NCBI GenBank assembly: GCA_036867785.1
Contig: CP145411.1
Coordinates: forward strand, 1,240,001 to 1,304,000
Origin: Plasmodiophora brassicae
Lineage: Eukaryota
Reading direction: 5' to 3'
DNA: 64,000 bases
The translations under genes and the position numbers were made by a program. Of this stretch, positions 44,736-54,280 are shown one piece after another; positions within the stretch are counted from its first letter, which is position 1; each line of letters begins with the position of its first letter. The notes under the pieces are model-generated. The model had not been told where the DNA came from, did not search any database, and was given only the letters and a program-made list of their open reading frames with translations.

Positions 44736-47135
44736 TAGAAGTTAGCGACCCCGAGAAATACCTGCACCCCGTGGACGTCGGTCGGCTGTTGCCACGAGAG
44801 AATGCAATCGATCCTGGAGGGGTCAACCCGTATCCCGGAGGAGGACACCAAGAAACCTAAGAATTCCACTTCGACCGTATTGAAGACGCACTTCTCCAGT
44901 TTAGCGTGGAGTTGAGCAGTGCGGAGTCGCTCTAGGACGAGACGGACATGGCGTTCATGGTCCTCGGGAGTCGATGAGTAGATCAGGATGTCGTCCAAGT
45001 AGATTACCACAAATACATCAAGGAAATCCTTGAACGTCTCGTTCATGAAGTACTGGAAGGAGGCCGGCGCGTTGGCTAAGCCAAACGGCATGACTAAGTA
45101 CTCGAACAAGCCGTACGGCGTGCGGAAGGCCGTCTTCCACTCATCGCCTTCTCGGATCCGAACTTGATTATAGGCGCTGCGGAGGTCGATTTTCGTGAAG
45201 TTTGTTCCGGAGCCCAGCTGGATCAAGAGCTGGTCGATAAGTGGAACCGGATATCGGTTCTTGATAGTAACAGAGTTTAGACCACGGTAGTCTACGCACA
45301 GGCGAAGACTACCGTCCTTCTTCTTGACGAACAGAATTGGGGAGCCCGCCGATGAACGGGATGGACGAATGAGATTAGCTTCCAGATTGATCTTGAGATA
45401 CTCCTTCAAGGCTTCTTGTTCCCGGGGTGACAGCCCGTACAGACGGCAATACGGCGGGTCGCCACCGGGTTTCAGGTCAATCGGACAGTCGAACGGTCGG
45501 TGATCAGGAAGAGTCGTTGAGTCCGCGTTATCGAAGACGTCAGTAAACTCCTGAGATTGCGGCGGTAGTTCCGCGGCGTGGGCAGCGGAATCGGACGGGG
45601 ACCATGTGTAGTGGATGGCATAGCAGTCTGCGCCGTCTTGCACGTCGTCTAAGAACGGTTCGGCGGAAACAAACGCGATGGAGAGCGGCTCCACAGGTTC
45701 GCGTGGCGGCTCCGTAGTCAACGGATCCGTGCCAACCGGCGACGACGTGGAGGCCTACGGCACGGCAGTCAGCAAGGCGTTGTCGATGACGCAGGGATCC
45801 GGAAGCATGGAAGGCGCACGTCTCGGGGCGGAGCTCTTGGCGATCAATACCAGGAGGGCGACCAGCCCAACGAGCGCACACAGCTGGGAGGCGAGTGACC
45901 CGCGTGGCATGCTGCGCCCTGAGCAGGCGAAGAGGCGCGTCGACCCGCGCGGCGGCGTGCCGGCGAAACCGAGGGAGGTTCTGAACAAGAGGGGGCCGCC
46001 GATATGGGTGCCAAGCACGAAAGAGGCGGAAGCGGTGGCGGAACATTGGCGGTAGCTGCGGTCGTCGGCGCAGGCGGTGCGGCGGAATTCACTGGTGTCG
46101 ACCAGCGGCAGACACAGGCGGCACTAGTTCCGGACCGTCGACCAGAGAAGCAGCCACCGGCACTAATGGCTGGTCAGTAGCAGGCGCAGGCTGCACTAGT
46201 TCCGGAACGTCGACGGCGACCAGAGAAGCACCCACCGGTGGTAACGGCTGGGCAGTAACGGGAGACGACGAGGCGAGGAAGTGATCAATGTCCGAAGGCG
46301 GTGCGTTCGGAAGCGGTCCGGGTTCGACGGGCAACCCGTCGGCGCAGCATAATAACGCGGCCGTGTCAGGAGAGCAGACGGCCGTGTCAGGAGAGCAGAC
46401 GGCCGTGTCAGGAGAGCAGGCGACCGTGTCATCAGAAAGGGCGACCGTGGCAGCAGAGCAGCCAACCGTGTCGGCAGAGCCGGTGGGGTTCCCACCGGCC
46501 CGAGCATCGAGCCACAAACGCGGTGATCCCCGAGTAAGACGTTCGCGTACGGTGCGACGACGCCAGTCGATATCCGGATTGTGCTGTTCGAGCCAGGGCA
46601 GCCCCAGAATTATACGGTGACTCGGAGCGTCAATAACGTTGAGGACAATTGTGTCGTGGAAGGCCCCGTTGACGGAACACGGCAATGGCGACGTCTCCAA
46701 TGTGATCGGTGGCAGGTGACGGCCGTCAACAACCTTGACGGGAATCGGTTGTGCTTTGGAGCGGAGCGGCAGGCCATAGCGGCGGGCGAAACCGGCGTCG
46801 ACGAAGGAAGATGTCGCTCCACAGTCCAAAAGGGCCGTCGTCGCCCACGGGCGATCGCCCGTGGATTGGAAGGGAACGAGTAAATGATGAGATGAATGAG
46901 CAGTTGCGAAACAAAGAGCAGTGACGAGGACAGTGTCGGGTTGCGAGGACGAAGAACATTCGTGTATCGAGAGAGGGTGAGCTGCCAACCCGGGAGCAGT
47001 CACCCTTGACCATTTCCCGGCGGACGATGTGGGCATGTTGCGACCATATGTCCGGGCTGCCGGCAATACATGCACAATCCTTGCCGTTTGCAGCGCTCGC
47101 GCTCCTCCGACGTTAGCTTGGTCCGACTGGCCGGC

Positions 47136-47477
47136 TGTATCATACGTACAGCATAGCAGCACCTATGATGTTGTTCACGGTCATAACCCCTGTCCCGACA
47201 CGGCCCGCCAACATTGCCGATCCGTTCCGGACTAGCACAGTCAGCTGTCCCGCCAGACCAGTCGTGTGTGTCCCAGAATAGACCGCGGACTTCCGGAGAC
47301 CGTCACGGACTCCGGAGACGCAGTGGAGGGCGTGAGGCCAGACGGCCCGAAATAAACCAGACAGACAATAGTCACATACAGGCAACCAGCAGTCAGACGA
47401 CAGGCTGCTTGTCATAGACCGAGGGGCTAGGAGCGAGCTTCTCAACGAGTACGTCTCGAAGCTTGAAGGACGTCACC
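47136..47477. mobile_element. Probable solo LTR (342 bp) inside the gypsy gag
   Basis: Starts TG, ends CC (degenerate CA?). 5-bp TSD CCGGC. Removal restores the gag frame [13 protein letters not shown]. Confidence 0.7.
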
Positions 47478-48394
47478 CCGGCGAGGCATCCGTAGCGAGG
47501 AGCGCTTGTGCCGGGGCATAGAGGGGGGCCAGGCGCGCTGCCTCTTTGACCATGGCGTCGAATGTCGGCGGATTGAGCTTGAAAAGCTCGGTCGAAAGCT
47601 CTGGGACGAGCGACTTGCGGAACTTCGTCGCCAGGCGCTTTGACGGGAGAATGTACTCACCCTTCGAGGCCGACTGTACGGCGTTGTACAGGTACATGAA
47701 CCGACGCAGATGAGCATCGAACGGTCCCGTTTGACGAAGAGCGTCGAACCGGGATTCTATGTAGGGTCTCGACGTCCGGTTCTGGAAAATTAAACCGGAG
47801 CAGCGCGGCGAACGCTGCTGGGGAGGCGGTCGCATCCAGTTGACGAAAAACGAAACGCGCTTCGCCCTTCAGGCAGCTAGCCAGGAGCGCGCGAGCGCCC
47901 GCTGAAAGGGGCTGGGTCGACGAGAGATCGACACGGGCAATGCTAGCGAATAGCGCCAGCCAGTCGCTCGCCGGCAGGTCGTCGGAATTGCCGGAAAATT
48001 CGCTCAACGACACCTTAGTCGTCGTGACAACAGGATCGTTGCGATGTGACGACGGCTCAGCAGATGTTGCCGAGGGATCGGTCATGGGCGTAGGCGGCGT
48101 AGAGTGTGGACTGGCGAGCGCGGTGGTAAAGATCTTCAGCTGCTCCTCAGCGCGAGCCCGCATTTCCGTGAAGAACGCATCCTGTTGGATCTGGAAGGCC
48201 CGTAAGACACCGCGAGGGCGCGATCGGCGGCGTCCACATCGGCCAGGGTCGTTGGGTCGATGGGAGAGGGAGGCGTCGTTGGGCACTTGGCTTCGTCAGC
48301 CGTCGAGCCCGTCGAGCCGGAGCGCGTGACCGTCATCGATACGTACACGATCGAAGAACGAATGGGGCGGACAGGCCGAACGAGAGACGATGCG

Positions 48395-48505
48395 AGGACA
48401 GACGGTGACGACAGACGGCGACAGACAGACGGTGACGAAAGACGGCGACAGACAGACGGTGACGACAGACGGCGACAGACGAGGCGACGACAGACGGTGA
48501 CGAAC
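48395..48505. repeat. Tandem GACAGACGG(T/C)GAC repeats in the gypsy 5' leader
   Basis: Imperfect units of about 27 bp, visible directly. Confidence 0.75.
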
Positions 48506-48659
48506 GGTTAAAGTCGGTTAAGATGTCAGGAGACGACACGACGGACGACTATTGTCTCCACAACACGGAATTAACCGACTGCCGAAGCCGTCGGTTGCCG
48601 TGGACGTTTATTCAAACTGCGCGGCTGCGCGACCCCCGTCGCGGCCGTGCCATAACAGC

Positions 48660-49520
48660 AAACTCCCCCGTATGCAGACTTGTAGTGCGAACAAAATTCA
48701 TCAAAATTCGCCAGGTTGTCCAGCATCATCGCGAAGGTACTAATCCGCCGGTTGGTCGTGACTTCGAAATCCTTCACCAGACATACCGGTACCTCCACGA
48801 ATGGTCATAGGATAAAAACGTCCAGTGCCCAGAGGTTATAATATGGGCATGCAGCCAGCACCGCTCGACGTCTGACAGTTCGTATGTCGAAAGCGGTGCG
48901 CGAACTTCAATGGGCAGCATCATCAGAGTAGCAGGCATAGCGTCTTCGACGCTGCCAGAGTTTTCGCCAAAGAGAAGCATGTTGCCCTTTGCCACCGAAT
49001 AGAACTGGTGATAATGACCTCGTAGGAAAACAGCACCCAAAGTCATCTGGAGATTGCCAGCGATATTAATGGTTGTGAAGACGATAACGAAGTGATTTAT
49101 TCCGACCGACATCGGCGCGAGACGGCGGCGACGTAACGCTATGTAACAGGGGCTTGCCAAGCCGTTACCGACAACGGCGTCTGTGGCGGAGCCTCTGCCG
49201 TGGACGGTACGCAGTCGCACACAGTCACGGCGTCACCGTGTGCCGGTGGTACGACATGGTCCTTGACAATGGTTTGGGAAATCGTCGATTCCAGGTTCTC
49301 CTTCATAAAGAAGATCCAACGCTCCATGGGGAACGTCCAGATAAATCCGTACAAAGGACCCCAACGAAGAATTATGTCGGGTAGATGCACTAAGGAATGC
49401 ATCTGATCAAACATCGTTTGAGGGTTAGAGAAAACAATGATGCTGCGCGCGGGTAGACATACCGAGATCGTGAACAGTGATGGTGGTATGACCGACTCCA
49501 GTCGCGCCAGCGAAATTGCG
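48660..49520 (-). pseudogene. CACTA/EnSpm-like transposase remnant, probably continuing at about 34100-34700 beyond the gypsy insertion
   Basis: MHSLVHLPDIILRWGPLYGFIWTFPMERW matches the HxxxH..GP..WxFPxER motif. Interrupted by the solo LTR at 49074-49268. Confidence 0.6.
49074..49268 (-). mobile_element. Solo copia-type LTR
   Basis: TG...CA with 5-bp TSD ATGGT. Near-identical to 49637-49832. Confidence 0.9.
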
Positions 49521-49622
49521 AACAAATAAATTCCAAGTCTGACAGTGACGCGGGACTGGCACTGGATGGCACCGGCGCGCGGGGCGCCGGTGGGCTCGCC
49601 GCCTCTAAGCGCGTAGAACGCG

Positions 49623-49832
49623 TACGACTGTTAATCTGATGAAGACGATAACGAAGTGATTTATTCCGACCGACATCGGCGCGAGACGGCGGCGACGTAA
49701 CGCTGTGTAACAGGGGCTTGCCAAGCCGTTACCGACAACGGCGTCAGTGGCGGAGCCTCTGCCGTGGACGTTACGCAGTCGCGCACAGTCACGGCGTCAC
49801 CGTGTGCCGGTGGTACGACATGGTCCTTGACA
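49623..49832 (-). mobile_element. 5' LTR plus PBS of a truncated copia-type element
   Basis: LTR 49637-49832 followed on the minus strand by GATTAACAGTCGTACGCG. Confidence 0.8.
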
Positions 49833-50199
49833 ATAATTACCGGATGATCCGGTAATTATGACGAACTCTAATGAATACGTCATTTGTTCTCGCACCTGAG
49901 GTCCGATCAACGCCGGCCGGCTGTTCCGCAGTGTGAGCGTGATGAAAACGGACACACCGAAGAAATTTGGTGAAGTTGCCTATTATAGCCATGACACGAA
50001 CAGATAAAAGGTAGTGGTGGGCGACGCTCCGGATCGGTGCAATGCCACGGTCCAGTCGATTTTAGTCTTGACGTATCATCACATATGTCAGGCGTCGACA
50101 TAGCAGGTCGGCGCCGGAATAAAGTCCGTGCGAGCGGGGACCGACGGCAGTCGGTCAACGCGTCGTCGTATAGTCGTGACAGTATGACCGACCTTCACC

Positions 50200-51132
50200 A
50201 TGGACACTCGTGGAACCCAACGCAACCGCGATCACCAGGACCCCGACGAGGAGCCATTGAACACACCCGTATCGGCGCTGACCAGCACGATCGCGGCGAT
50301 CGTAGCGGAGGCGCTCCAGGCACAGCGCGCCGACATCGACGCCATGCTCCGGCAGCAGCGCGCTGAGATCTTGGCGCAGGTCGCCGCCAGCCCGTCCATC
50401 GTCCCCAAGACCGAAACCATTGATCCTGATCGACCGCCGACTCCCTTGTCGACCATATCGTACTCGACACCAGTCCGGCTGCACACGTTCACGGGCGATG
50501 ACTCGGTCGATCCAATGTCTGCGACGACGTGGTTCGACGAGTTTTGCCGCTTCGCTGACGCGGATCCGACGTCAACGGCACCGCTGTCGAATGCGGCCAG
50601 GAGCCTGTTGGCGTCGAGCCTGGACGGCGTGGCGCTGAAGCTGTACGTGGCTATCAAGCCATCGTCCCCGCAGGCCCTCAAGACAATGCTCCTGGAGAAC
50701 TTTCCGGAGATCACTGCCGCGCGCGCCAAGGCTGAATTTGACGCCCTGCGCCAGACGGGCCCGTTTGCCGGGCATCTCGTGGAGTTTCGTCGCCGCTACT
50801 TTGTCGCTGTCGCCCGCGACCCGGACTGCCGTCTAAGCGACTCCTCGCTGGCCGAGAAGCTGCGCACATCGCTGACCCCTGCGCTGGCCGAGGAGCTGTA
50901 CAAGTGGCAGCTGCGCAGCTTCTCCGCCATGGTGGATAAGGCGGTCCATCTGGCGCCGCTGTTCCCGGTGCCGTCGACTGCGATTTTGAACGTGGCCACA
51001 AGCGCGCTGCAGCCGCTGACCGACGAGGAGCGGGACCGTTGTCGCCGCGAAGGCCGCTGTTTTCGCTGTCGCGAACCGGGACACATGGCGAACCAGTGCC
51101 CCCGGTCCCAGCAGGGAAATGTTCGCGGGTGA
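50200..51132 (+). CDS. Gypsy gag
   Basis: 310 aa, FDALRQTG, CFRCREPGHMANQC zinc knuckle. Confidence 0.88.
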   Translation: MDTRGTQRNRDHQDPDEEPLNTPVSALTSTIAAIVAEALQAQRADIDAMLRQQRAEILAQVAASPSIVPKTETIDPDRPPTPLSTISYSTPVRLHTFTGDDSVDPMSATTWFDEFCRFADADPTSTAPLSNAARSLLASSLDGVALKLYVAIKPSSPQALKTMLLENFPEITAARAKAEFDALRQTGPFAGHLVEFRRRYFVAVARDPDCRLSDSSLAEKLRTSLTPALAEELYKWQLRSFSAMVDKAVHLAPLFPVPSTAILNVATSALQPLTDEERDRCRREGRCFRCREPGHMANQCPRSQQGNVRG

Positions 51133-53924
51133 TCCGAGCCGGGTTCGCGGATCGCCCACTACATGACGACATTCTTGAACCCGATTGCCTCTTTATCTCT
51201 TCTATTTATTCCAGCGTACAATTCGTCCCGTCTGTCACTGTCCCCATTCAGCTATTTATCGCATCACGTGTCATCTCGACTAAGGCCCTTATCGATTGTG
51301 GCGCTACGTCTTCGTTCGTCGACTGGTCCTTCGCTCGGTCGAACGACATTCCCTGCGTTGCGAAGCAGCAGGCGATTGCTGTCAAAGTGGTTGATGGCAG
51401 GGCCCTACCGCCGGTGTCGCAGAAGACGCTACCCATGGCTGTGAGGGTCGACGGTCAGTTCCAGGACAGCAACTTGATTTTGAATGTGATCCGCGCTCCC
51501 AACCATCCCATCATTCTCGGGATGCCGTGGCTCGAACACCATAATCCTGTGATCGACTGGCGTCAGCGATCTGCTGCCCGCCGTGACTCGGCGACCCCAA
51601 CATCGACACCGGCTCCGCCACGTCGCTCACCTCTTACAGTATCGACGCTAGACAAGGTCGACCCCATGATTCCGGTAGGCGAGAGCCGAGTCGCTGATGG
51701 AGCTTCTCGCCCGTCGGATCCTCCTGCGTTCACCTTGGACCAGCGCTCCGATGCCTGCTCTCCGCGTCAACAGCGAACTGATGGCGGTCCCGTCTTGTCG
51801 GCCGTGACCCACACCCCAGCCTCTGTGGCGGCTGAATCGTGGGTCACATCTGGCCTTCGAGTATGTTTTGTGGGCCTGTGGCTGGTTTGCATAGCGCTAC
51901 TGCCTCTCCTTGTCTGTCTCTGCTCCGGCGCCCTTGTCGCCTGGATCTTTCGGCTCGCGCTACTGGGATGCGGTTTCGGCGCTTGTTTCGCCTGGATTTC
52001 CTTGTCCGCACCCCTGAACGGTTGCCGACCCACCGTCCGCGATGGGCCTTTCAACCCAGCCGCGACCGAGGGCCCCGCGTCTGCAAACGTGGCCAAGTCG
52101 TCGACTTCTGCCGCGAGTCTATCTCCAGTTCGATCCGGTCATTCGTGCCATCGCCGGCCAGCCGAATGGCGTGGTGGGTGCCGCCGCCCACCCCTTAGCC
52201 GGCGCAGCATGGCAACCGTTACCACCGAGGCCGCAACCCCGACTACATATCCCGATGCGTTATGGGTTCGGCGCGGTGTCGTCTTATGGGGTCTGCTTCG
52301 CGATGCTCGCCAGCAACTTTCCGAACGGCAAGCGGCTACTCAGATCCTCGCCTCGGCAGCCCTCCTGCGCGCCTGGGAAACCAGGCGAGACGCTGCCTTT
52401 GAGGCCTGGCTGGACACTTCACCTTGTGACCGGACACCTTGGCCGCCTTTTGACGAACCTGCGTCCGCGACCGGGGTGGATTCCGACGCCGTCGACGACG
52501 AAGTCGTTGGTGCTGCAGCCGTGCCGCAAGACCCCGCATGCATCGACGTTTGCGCGCTCGATATCGATGCATTCCTGGATGCGGCTGCGGAGGACGGTTC
52601 GGCGTGTTACGCGGTCCACACGATGTGGACACCGCTCGAAGAACCAGACGACTCGCCCCATCTTCCAGACAAGTACGCTGAGTTTACGGATGTCTTCGTC
52701 GAAACCGGGGCCACGTCCTTACCTGCTCATCGCCCATACGACTGTTGTATCGACCTGAAACCGGGCATGGAACCCCCGTTTGGTCGCTTGTACGGGCTAT
52801 CTCCGAGGGAACAAGTTGCACTCAAACAATACCTGAAGGCAAACTTGGAATCGGGGTTCATTCGTCCATCGAAGTCGTCAGCGGGGGCACCGATCCTCTT
52901 CGCAAAAAAGAAGGATGGCTCTCTCCGCCTCTGTGTCGACTATCGGGGCCTGAATGCGGCTACCGTGAAGAACCGCTACCCGATACCTCTCATCGACCAG
53001 ATCCTGGCGCAACTGAGCGCGGCGCGCGTGTTCACGAAGATTGACCTTCGTGGCGCTTACAACCAGATCCGTATCCGTGACGGTGACGAATGGAAAACCG
53101 CGTTCCGCACGCCATACGGCCTGTTCGAGTACCTGGTGATGCCTTTCGGGCTGTCCAACGGCCCGGCAGCATTTCAAGGCTTTATGAACGATCTATTCCG
53201 GGATTATGTTGACGTATTCGTTGTCGTCTATCTCGACGACATCCTCGTGTTCTCTCGCGACGCACAGGAGCACGAACGGCACGTTAAACTCGTCCTCGAC
53301 CGCCTACGACAGGCCAATCTGAGCGCGAAGCTTTCGAAGTGCTCCTTCGACGCTCGGGAAGTCGAGTTCCTGGGCTACGTCATCTCCGCTGCAGGAGTTC
53401 GCCTCGATCAGTCCCGTGTGGATACCATATTGGCGTGGGAACCACCCAAGGACGCGAACGGCGTCCGCGTCTTCCTGGGCTTCGCGAATTTCTACCGCAA
53501 ATTCATTCCTCACTTCGGCGAGATTGCTCTACCGTTAACCAATCTTACTCGTGAAGACGTCGCCTTCCGCTGGACTGATCGGGAACAGGACGCCTTCCGC
53601 TCCTTACAAGCCGCCTTTACGTCGGCCCCAGTCCTGGCCCACTTTCACCCCGATCGGCCCTGCGAGGTGGAGACCGACGCGTCGGACTTCGCTATTGCTA
53701 TGGTCCTCTCCCAGCGGGACGCGGACGATGAGCTGCGACCACTCGCGTTCTACTCTCGTAAGTTGACGAAGGAGGAGCTCAACTACAAGATTCACGATAA
53801 GGAGATGTTAGCGATTGTTCAGTCGTTTGAGAAGTGGCGCCAGTTCCTCGATTCCGCGCAGCACCAGACCCTGGTCCACAGTGATCACCGGAACCTGGAC
53901 AACATACTTAAATCGAAGTGTTAA
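51114..53924 (+). CDS. Gypsy pol (PR-RT-RNase H) in the -1 frame, truncated before integrase
   Basis: ALIDCGAT, LRLCVDYRGLN, KIDLRGAY, YLVMPFGL, YLDD, ETDASD, HDKEMLAI, SDHRNL; similarity then ends abruptly. Confidence 0.9.
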   Translation, partial: GKCSRVIRAGFADRPLHDDILEPDCLFISSIYSSVQFVPSVTVPIQLFIASRVISTKALIDCGATSSFVDWSFARSNDIPCVAKQQAIAVKVVDGRALPPVSQKTLPMAVRVDGQFQDSNLILNVIRAPNHPIILGMPWLEHHNPVIDWRQRSAARRDSATPTSTPAPPRRSPLTVSTLDKVDPMIPVGESRVADGASRPSDPPAFTLDQRSDACSPRQQRTDGGPVLSAVTHTPASVAAESWVTSGLRVCFVGLWLVCIALLPLLVCLCSGALVAWIFRLALLGCGFGACFAWISLSAPLNGCRPTVRDGPFNPAATEGPASANVAKSSTSAASLSPVRSGHSCHRRPAEWRGGCRRPPLSRRSMATVTTEAATPTTYPDALWVRRGVVLWGLLRDARQQLSERQAATQILASAALLRAWETRRDAAFEAWLDTSPCDRTPWPPFDEPASATGVDSDAVDDEVVGAAAVPQDPACIDVCALDIDAFLDAAAEDGSACYAVHTMWTPLEEPDDSPHLPDKYAEFTDVFVETGATSLPAHRPYDCCIDLKPGMEPPFGRLYGLSPREQVALKQYLKANLESGFIRPSKSSAGAPILFAKKKDGSLRLCVDYRGLNAATVKNRYPIPLIDQILAQLSAARVFTKIDLRGAYNQIRIRDGDEWKTAFRTPYGLFEYLVMPFGLSNGPAAFQGFMNDLFRDYVDVFVVVYLDDILVFSRDAQEHERHVKLVLDRLRQANLSAKLSKCSFDAREVEFLGYVISAAGVRLDQSRVDTILAWEPPKDANGVRVFLGFANFYRKFIPHFGEIALPLTNLTREDVAFRWTDREQDAFRSLQAAFTSAPVLAHFHPDRPCEVETDASDFAIAMVLSQRDADDELRPLAFYSRKLTKEELNYKIHDKEMLAIVQSFEKWRQFLDSAQHQTLVHSDHRNLDNILKSKC

Positions 53925-54280
53925 ATCGAAGTGTTCACGGCAGGAATGCTTTTAGGGAATGTCCTTTATTCCTGGTGGTACACTCTCACCGTCCACACTG
54001 TCGCGTGACTCATGCATACCAGTCCATGACAGTCGTGATTCACGGCAGACGTGACTCACCCGCAATGACGTCCCGAGATCCTTCCGAGATCCTCAATCAA
54101 TACTAACAAGGTTCACAAAGTTACTCAGGTGTCACCCACCCTCCCTCATAAATTTCACCTTTTTTGATTCCGTAGCCCAGGGCGTCAGCAAAGTGGGCTG
54201 CTCTGAAAATGGGGGCCTCCGATGTCCGACCACCGGCAACTGGCGACCGCTGCCCATCTGGTGCTTCCCGCCCCCGGCCA

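Larger units (their letters stand above)
34703..48657 (-). mobile_element. Ty3/gypsy chromovirus-type element, degenerate, hosting four younger insertions
   Basis: LTRs 48524-48657 (5') and 34703-34836 (3'), PPT AGGGGACTATAC, flanks GCAGA/GCAAA. Gag about 47003-48286 with CMYCRQPGH. Protease LLDCGAT. RT YLDD (44736-45540). RNase H 41500-42150. Integrase 35235-36250. Chromodomain YLIDWEGYPPSERTWEP at about 34970-35025. Confidence 0.92.

Noticed and set aside
46370-46430. 18-bp tandem repeat (SPDTAVC-like)
   Set aside because: Ordinary local slippage in a degenerate gypsy pol spacer.
49074-49832. Two similar LTRs 370 bp apart as a second TRIM with captured cargo
   Set aside because: The left LTR has its own TSD (ATGGT) on both sides and no PPT, so it is an independent solo LTR inside a transposase remnant.
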